NCBI GenBank assembly: GCA_002011125.2
Contig: MTMF02000009.1
Span: 1,096,989-1,160,988 of the forward strand
Origin: Candidatus Hydrothermarchaeum profundi
GTDB taxonomy: Archaea > Hydrothermarchaeota > Hydrothermarchaeia > Hydrothermarchaeales > Hydrothermarchaeaceae
Length of the DNA stretch: 64,000 bases
Direction of reading: 5' to 3'
The notes below the pieces were generated by a model that saw only the letters and a list, made by a program, of their open reading frames with translations, was not told where the DNA came from and did not search any database. Position numbers and translations under genes: made by a program. Positions 58,371 to 64,000 of this stretch are shown here, in pieces; position 1 is the first letter of the stretch, and each line of letters opens with the position of its first letter.

Positions 58371-58830
58371 GCTCGATGAGATTAATAAAGAGTTACTGAG
58401 ACTTCTAGGGAGGAATTCTAGGGCACAGTTTAGCGAGTTAAAGGAAGAGTTAGCTAAGAAAGGTTATGAACTTACAAGAGAGGCTGTAGAGTACAGGGTT
58501 AAAAAAATGATGAAAGAGGGGATAATAAAGGACTTTGCTATGTTTACTGATCCGGAGAAAATAGGCTATCAGCTCTGTTGTCATATAGAGATTCACGTAA
58601 AAGACCCTAGGAAAAGAGATGAAGTAGGTGAGATGTTGGCTGAACTACCCAATACCTCTTTAGTGCATGCAGGAACCACTATCTTTGATATAGCATGCAA
58701 GATATTTTTTACAGACCCTAAGGACATGTTTCAGTTTCTGGATATCTTAGAGAATGATAATAGAGTCAAGGATTTCAATGTCGATATAATAAGGAAAACA
58801 TACAAGGCAGGTCCAATAACTCCGTTATAG
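58360..58830 (+). CDS. Lrp/AsnC-family transcriptional regulator
   Basis: LDEINKELLRLL..NSR HTH, V.YRVKKM.KEGII and DPEKIGY. Confidence 0.9.
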   Translation: MVYKLDEINKELLRLLGRNSRAQFSELKEELAKKGYELTREAVEYRVKKMMKEGIIKDFAMFTDPEKIGYQLCCHIEIHVKDPRKRDEVGEMLAELPNTSLVHAGTTIFDIACKIFFTDPKDMFQFLDILENDNRVKDFNVDIIRKTYKAGPITPL

Positions 58831-58848
58831 GTTAGTTCAAAAAGTACT

Positions 58849-59736
58849 TTAGAATAAATAGCAATGATCGCATTCAGCCTCGTAAGTTTCGTTATATTTT
58901 TTCATTATCTCTGGCGAGAGGTATGGAGGTATTCTCCTAAGAGCTTCTTCAAAGTGCCGGGCCTCTAAACTGTCAAATTCCTCACCCTTTTCACGGATAG
59001 CTATTATTTTAGCTTCCCTCACTACTCCTTCGATATCTGCTCCCACGTAGAATTCAGTTTTCTCTGCCAGATCTTCTAGTGAGACATCCTTTGATAAGGG
59101 GGTTCCTTTTAGATGAATCCTAAATATTTCTATACGTCCTTCATAGTCGGGAGCAGGAACATATATTTTCTTTTCTAATCTCCCTTTCCTTAATAACTGA
59201 GGATCAACCACGTCAGGACGATATGTACCCCCAATGGTTATTACGTCCTTACGACTGCTCATCCTATCAAGTTGTTCGTATAAGATCTTCGTAGTTTCTG
59301 TCGGAGCTAATCTTAGTGGAGCATCCCTAGTATGACTAATGGACCAAGGCAACTGCTGCTTCCTATTTGGTGCCAATGCATCTATTTCGTTAATAAATAC
59401 CACAGTTGGTGCTAACTCCAAAGCGGTGTCATACATCCTTTCTATTTCCTCGGGTTCGCTAATTATCTCTATGGCTTTTACTGTGATGTAACTGGCGTCA
59501 GCAGACTTTGCAGCTGCCTCAGACAATATAGTTTTTCCTCCGCCTGGAGGCCCCCATAGGAAAATACCGCTTGGTGGTTTTAATTCTACTTTGGCAAAAA
59601 TATCTGGCAATTTGAGAGGTAGAGATACCATCTCTCTTAAACGTTCTTTTGCATCGGTTAATCCACCAATCTCCTCCCAGCTCCATTTAGGTTCTTTTAT
59701 TCTGAAGTAGTCTCCCTGTCCGTTAACCTTTTTCAT
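58849..59736 (-). CDS. Single-ring Cdc48-like AAA+ ATPase (Walker B D->N)
   Basis: WEEIGGL, GPPGGGKT, VFINEIDAL, TYRPDVVDPQLLRKGRLE and GADIE. Ends AECDHCYLF. Confidence 0.88.
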   Translation of the reverse strand: MKKVNGQGDYFRIKEPKWSWEEIGGLTDAKERLREMVSLPLKLPDIFAKVELKPPSGIFLWGPPGGGKTILSEAAAKSADASYITVKAIEIISEPEEIERMYDTALELAPTVVFINEIDALAPNRKQQLPWSISHTRDAPLRLAPTETTKILYEQLDRMSSRKDVITIGGTYRPDVVDPQLLRKGRLEKKIYVPAPDYEGRIEIFRIHLKGTPLSKDVSLEDLAEKTEFYVGADIEGVVREAKIIAIREKGEEFDSLEARHFEEALRRIPPYLSPEIMKKYNETYEAECDHCYLF

Positions 59737-59786
59737 TATAGTATGTTGGATTGCTCACAAAAATATAAAATTAATGGAAGTATCAT

Positions 59787-60215
59787 ATGATATCCATGGA
59801 TTGCGAGTTTTGTGGAAATAAAATCATCCAGTATGGACTTTTTCCAAGGAGTTATAGACTTTATATTTATTTCTGCAAGCGTTGTCTAAGAGCTTTTTTG
59901 GCTCATCACTTTGATCTCAACCTAGAGATTTATCGAATTCAGGATCTGGATGTCAAAAAGAATGGCGAACTATTTTTCTTTTCAGGCCTCAAAGTTGAGC
60001 CAAGGGTTTTTGATTTTAAGGTAGATAGGAGTATAGATGCAGTAATCGTCGCATATAAAAATGATGTTCTAGGTGAACTTGCTAAGACGGATGGCTACAT
60101 ATATGCTCCTTATTCTAGGAAAGCGTTAAACACATTATGTAGATACCTAAAAGAAAAATGCGATATTGGTATAGTAACAAAAAAAGTTGCAGAGTTGTGG
60201 GAGCGAGCTGAATGA
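59787..60215 (+). CDS. Hypothetical protein with N-terminal CxxC...CxxC zinc ribbon
   Basis: CEFC and CKRC. ATGA overlap with the next ORF. Confidence 0.65.
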   Translation: MISMDCEFCGNKIIQYGLFPRSYRLYIYFCKRCLRAFLAHHFDLNLEIYRIQDLDVKKNGELFFFSGLKVEPRVFDFKVDRSIDAVIVAYKNDVLGELAKTDGYIYAPYSRKALNTLCRYLKEKCDIGIVTKKVAELWERAE

Positions 60216-60484
60216 TAGAAGAAATCGAAAAATATGTAGCTAGGATATTTGAGAACTTAAGTCCTTCCCAAAAAGCAACTTTAAAAGCTCTCATGTTTTC
60301 TGGATTTAAAGGGGAACGAGACCATATATTGCTCGAGCTTCTAAAAGAAATGGGAGAGGATAAAATATCTCATAGTGAACTCACTGAGTCTTTTACTTGT
60401 TCATTCGAGGGGGTACTTGTTAATTATTCGAGGATAAAGCCGGAATATTATAGAGCTGTTAGAAAGTTGCTCATGAAAAGTTAG
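60212..60484 (+). CDS. Hypothetical protein
   Basis: 90-aa ORF, translationally coupled to the upstream gene, with plausible composition. Confidence 0.6.
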   Translation: MIEEIEKYVARIFENLSPSQKATLKALMFSGFKGERDHILLELLKEMGEDKISHSELTESFTCSFEGVLVNYSRIKPEYYRAVRKLLMKS

Positions 60485-61055
60485 AATAGCAAGGTATGCA
60501 AAGTAGTTTTCCATTTTTAACCTTAACATAATCTTTAAGAACAACCTCGCCGCACCTTTGGCATATCTCATGTTTTAGTGATGGTTCTTCAGCTGGTTTA
60601 AAAAGCGGAGCTTCGGAGAAAGAAAATAGCTTTTCATCGGGGAGCTTATTAAGTTCTTCTACAATCTCTGCGCCGGATTTAAAATGTTCTCTTGCTTCTT
60701 CTTCCCTATTCGAAGGCGGAAGCTTCTTAACTTCTTGTCCTTTTAATCCAAATTCCAAGACTTTTTCTAGGATGTCTCGTTTTACACTTATCCTAACAGA
60801 CCTACTATTAGCTAGATCATAGAAAGATGCAGCGAATTTTCCATAATCTAAGCAATAAAGATTATTTTTACCATATGTAGTTCCACAGACGTATTGTAAG
60901 CCATCTGAAAGACAGTTTTTGTATTCTACCACTGCTATAAGCTTTACACCGTTCTCTCTGGGTCTTCCAAGCACTTCAAGCGCCTTTTTACCCATTCTTA
61001 TGCCGAGAGCATACATCGGACACATGTGTCCGTGAAACCATCGAGGATCCTCCAT
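60471..61055 (-). CDS. FmdE-family protein with C-terminal zinc finger
   Basis: FHGHMCPMYALG, EYKNCLSDGLQYVCGTTYGKNNL and CQRCGE...CIPC. Confidence 0.88.
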   Translation of the reverse strand: MEDPRWFHGHMCPMYALGIRMGKKALEVLGRPRENGVKLIAVVEYKNCLSDGLQYVCGTTYGKNNLYCLDYGKFAASFYDLANSRSVRISVKRDILEKVLEFGLKGQEVKKLPPSNREEEAREHFKSGAEIVEELNKLPDEKLFSFSEAPLFKPAEEPSLKHEICQRCGEVVLKDYVKVKNGKLLCIPCYSNFS

Positions 61056-61092
61056 GATATCTTTTTTAATACCTTATTATAAAGAATTTGTG

Positions 61093-61818
61093 ATGAAGAA
61101 AAAAATACAGGAATACTACTCCCGGAGGGCTGAGACCTATAGTGATTTAGATGCCCCAGCGACAATAGTCTCCGCAGTTAGATTTAGAGGGGTATTGGAT
61201 CATTTAAAAATAATATCTCCAAAAGAGAATGAAAGGATACTCGACATAGGGTGTGGTACTGGAAGATTTCTACAACCATTTTCTAAGGCAAAGGTTTGTG
61301 GTGTTGATCTCACTCTTAATATGCTTAATAAAGCAAAAGGACATGCTCCTCTAGTAAGGGCGGACGCGGAACATCTCCCTTTTAAAGATGCATCTTTTGA
61401 CATCGCTCATTCAGCAGGGTTATTAGGCATCTATCGTTCGTCAAAAGTTCTAGAGGAGGCGGCGAGAGTCGTTAAGGAAAATGGTAAAATCTATATCAGT
61501 TTTCCAGCTGCAACCAGCGTGAGTGGGATAGTTTCATTAATATTTCAAAAATTATTCCGGTATAATCCTTCGCTATTTGACTATTGGTATACCAAAAAAG
61601 ACATACGGAGAATGTTTCCTCCAGAAGTCGAGCTAGTTAAAATTTATAGGTTGGGATGGGAGCCTCCTTTCCAAAGGTGGTTTAAAGAATTGGAATCTAG
61701 GAAGCTTGTTAAACTCTTCTTATTTCTTGAGAATATTTTGAAAAACAAGCCTTTTTTTAAATATTTTTGTGCGAGATTTTTAGCGGTAGGCGTAGTTGGA
61801 GCTAGTAGAAGCTCTTAA
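61093..61818 (+). CDS. Class I SAM-dependent methyltransferase (UbiE-like)
   Basis: ILDIGCGTG, GVDLT.NML, ADAEHLPFKDASFD and RVVKENG. Start probably ATG 61093 (track start is 61054). Confidence 0.88.
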   Translation: MKKKIQEYYSRRAETYSDLDAPATIVSAVRFRGVLDHLKIISPKENERILDIGCGTGRFLQPFSKAKVCGVDLTLNMLNKAKGHAPLVRADAEHLPFKDASFDIAHSAGLLGIYRSSKVLEEAARVVKENGKIYISFPAATSVSGIVSLIFQKLFRYNPSLFDYWYTKKDIRRMFPPEVELVKIYRLGWEPPFQRWFKELESRKLVKLFLFLENILKNKPFFKYFCARFLAVGVVGASRSS

Positions 61819-61925
61819 ATAAGGCGGCATCTGTGTTATTATCTTATAGGATAGAATTTTAAAAAAATTAATATAATTTGACCGATTTTTCTCTATTTGA
61901 TTAGATTATTGGAGGTGAAAATCTA

Positions 61926-62342
61926 ATGTCTTTGCCGGAGGATTTCCATGAGATATTTAGCAATTATTGTGCTTCTGGCAGACCTATAGTATGGGTCTCT
62001 ACGATTGATGACGGAACACCGCATCTTGTTCCCGTATGTTTTGTTAAGGTTTTAGGGGAAGATAAGATTCTAATCGCTAATGTCTTTATTAAAAAGACGG
62101 TTAGGAACATAGAGAAAGGCTCTAAAATAGCAGTCGGGGCAGTTGTAAAAGAAGACGGTTTTAAGGGGTACATGATTAAAGGTAGAGCAGAAAACCTAAA
62201 AGAAGGAAAGCTTTTTGAGGACTTCGCTAAAGAGGTTTCAGATAAAAGTGGCGGTAGAAGGAAGCCAAAATCTGCAGTACTAGTAACGATAGAAGAAGTT
62301 TATTCTTTAAAACCATATGAAGGGCGTAAGAGGATTATTTAA
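61926..62342 (+). CDS. Pyridoxamine 5'-phosphate oxidase-like split-barrel protein
   Basis: VST..DGTPHLVP, KKTVRNI, GYMIKGRA and VTIEEVYS. GGAGGTG RBS upstream. Confidence 0.85.
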   Translation: MSLPEDFHEIFSNYCASGRPIVWVSTIDDGTPHLVPVCFVKVLGEDKILIANVFIKKTVRNIEKGSKIAVGAVVKEDGFKGYMIKGRAENLKEGKLFEDFAKEVSDKSGGRRKPKSAVLVTIEEVYSLKPYEGRKRII

Positions 62343-62344
62343 TA

Positions 62345-62740
62345 TCACCATAACTCTTTTATCTTACCTAGGATGTATTTTTCAATCCCGAACTCTGCGT
62401 CTTTATTCGGGATCATAACCAGAGCCTTCCATGGAATTCCTAAGTCCCAGACAGCTCTCGCCCTTCTATGACCGTCGATCAGTATATCTTTATCAGGCTT
62501 TCTGAGAATGATTATAGGACAGGCATAGCCATGTTCTATTGCCTTCTTTATTTCCACAACTTTTTTAGCAAAGGTAACGCGGTTCTCTTCTCCCGGAAAG
62601 GTGTAGTGGACATCTCCTAGCTTACTTTTATCTATTATCTCCTCTTTTTCCTCAAATTTCAATTCTTCATGGACAGCTTCATAAGACCTTATTACATCCT
62701 TAAACAGGATCTTCTCCTCATATTCCTGAATCAATGTCAT
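62345..62740 (-). CDS. ParB/sulfiredoxin-like N-terminal domain protein
   Basis: G...PIII....ILIDGHRRARA..LG. Start probably ATG 62740 (track start is 62839). Confidence 0.75.
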   Translation of the reverse strand: MTLIQEYEEKILFKDVIRSYEAVHEELKFEEKEEIIDKSKLGDVHYTFPGEENRVTFAKKVVEIKKAIEHGYACPIIILRKPDKDILIDGHRRARAVWDLGIPWKALVMIPNKDAEFGIEKYILGKIKELW

Positions 62741-62774
62741 GTTAATCCAATATATTTCTTCATTTTTAAAGCTT

Positions 62775-63653
62775 TCAAAAATTGTATTTATGGATGCAAT
62801 CTTCTGAGATGATTTTGTTGTAGTCCTCTGCCATCGCATGTGATAACCAGGGTTTTATTTTTTCTTTTGCTTCTAGCATATCCCTCATGGTGACATAGGA
62901 TGAGTTGTTGCCTGACCTTTCTAGCGTGTTTAGAATCGCTTTCCTACATAGAGCTTCTAAGTCCCATCCCACATAATATTCTGTGATTTCAGCGATTTTT
63001 TTTAAGTTCACATCATTAGCTAGTTTAGCATTTCTCAGATAATATTTCAAAATTTTTAATCTATCGCTTTTATTTGGCATTGGAACGTATATTTTTCTAC
63101 CTAACATGTTGGTTCTGGTAAAAGCCTGATCTAGAACGTCTATTCGATATGAAGATGCCGCTACTATTATGCTATCGACAGAGGCGACTCTCTCTACTTC
63201 TTTATAGACAGTTTGATGAACTTGGGGAGTTCCAAATTTATCAGGCTTGCCTGTTGTCGTGCCATCCTTCCACCTATAATCTGCACCTTCTCTAGGACAA
63301 AGCCAATCTATATCCATTAAGTGGACTACGCAGGGGGCATTCTTTAATGCTAACTGGAATCCCTTTTTTATGACTTCTGGCTTGTCTGTGCATTCTCTCC
63401 CCCTTATTAAAATATAATTAGTTCCAGCCTCCTTTGCTGCAGCCTCTATCAAATGTCCTTTTCCAGTACCTAGCGGTCCCCATACTATCACTCCGGTTGG
63501 CGGAGTTAATGAAGCTTTTTTTAATTCTTCACGATATTTTAGAGGAACTACGATCATCTCTCTAAATTTTTCTTTAACATTTTCGTAACCAGCTATTTGT
63601 TCAAAACTAAACCTCGGTTCTCTCATATCTATGTATATCTGGTCGTAGTCCAT
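62775..63653 (-). CDS. Single-ring Cdc48-like AAA+ protein with degenerate Walker motifs
   Basis: FEQIAGY, GPLGTGKG, VHLMDIDWL, RKIYVPMP and VGWDLEALCR. Ends EDCIHKYNF. Start at ATG 63653 (track start is 63713). Confidence 0.85.
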   Translation of the reverse strand: MDYDQIYIDMREPRFSFEQIAGYENVKEKFREMIVVPLKYREELKKASLTPPTGVIVWGPLGTGKGHLIEAAAKEAGTNYILIRGRECTDKPEVIKKGFQLALKNAPCVVHLMDIDWLCPREGADYRWKDGTTTGKPDKFGTPQVHQTVYKEVERVASVDSIIVAASSYRIDVLDQAFTRTNMLGRKIYVPMPNKSDRLKILKYYLRNAKLANDVNLKKIAEITEYYVGWDLEALCRKAILNTLERSGNNSSYVTMRDMLEAKEKIKPWLSHAMAEDYNKIISEDCIHKYNF

Positions 63654-63666
63654 AGGAGTCCCCCTT

Positions 63667-63999
63667 TTAGTACATGTATCTGTGCTTACACTCTTCTTTG
63701 TAAATCTCTTCATATCTGCTTATAAGTTCTGGTGAAAGTGAGGGAGGTATCCTTTTCATCGCTTCCTTAAAGTGTCGTAGTGATACTTTTTCGAACGTCT
63801 TGCCATTCTCCTTTATTGCGATTAAGGTGGCTTCTCGTGGGAGAGATATTAAATCCGAACTAGAATAGTTTTCAGTAATTTCAGATATTACCTCAGGCGA
63901 TGCATCTTCTGCGAGAGGAATTTTTTTAAGGGACAGCCTTAGAATTTCTAATCTATCATAGTAGTCTGGCGCGGGAACGTATATTTTTCTATCTAATCT
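63667..63999 (-). CDS. C-terminal part of a third Cdc48-like AAA+ protein (runs off the window; absent from the ORF track)
   Basis: Translated by hand: ...RLDRKIYVPAPDYYDRLEIL...YSSSDLISLPREA...HFKEAMKRIPPSLSPELISRYEEIYKEECKHRYMY*. Confidence 0.88.
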   Translation of the reverse strand, partial: RLDRKIYVPAPDYYDRLEILRLSLKKIPLAEDASPEVISEITENYSSSDLISLPREATLIAIKENGKTFEKVSLRHFKEAMKRIPPSLSPELISRYEEIYKEECKHRYMY

Positions 64000-64000
64000 T

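Overview
Archaeal chromosomal DNA, euryarchaeote-like. The evidence is the rpl44e-rps27e-aIF2alpha-nop10-PAC2 block, a geranylgeranyl reductase, EndoQ and preQ0 genes; finer taxonomy cannot be established from sequence alone. The first 30 kb is one 5'-truncated ORF of more than 9,950 aa. It encodes a giant, sequon- and Cys-rich surface protein built from about 24 three-module beta-rich repeats, followed by a transmembrane helix and a C-terminal HerA/FtsK-like (DUF87-type) ATPase with intact motifs. It is translationally coupled to a miniature paralogue that has the membrane-proximal domains and TM but no ATPase. The two genes share a 351-bp identical cassette whose first 111 codons never end in A. 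Two long coiled-coil genes and an orphan cheR follow. The middle of the window is mostly housekeeping. The last 14 kb is an uncharacterised cluster: three radical SAM enzymes, a PqqD/RRE-like protein, a 2-hydroxyacyl-CoA dehydratase-like protein, methyltransferases, FmdE paralogues, an ABC importer lacking its ATPase, and three single-ring Cdc48-like AAA+ proteins sharing a C-x-H-x-Y-x-[FY] C-terminus. No rRNA, tRNA, CRISPR array or transposase was recognised. All family calls come from motif recognition by eye, not from database searches.
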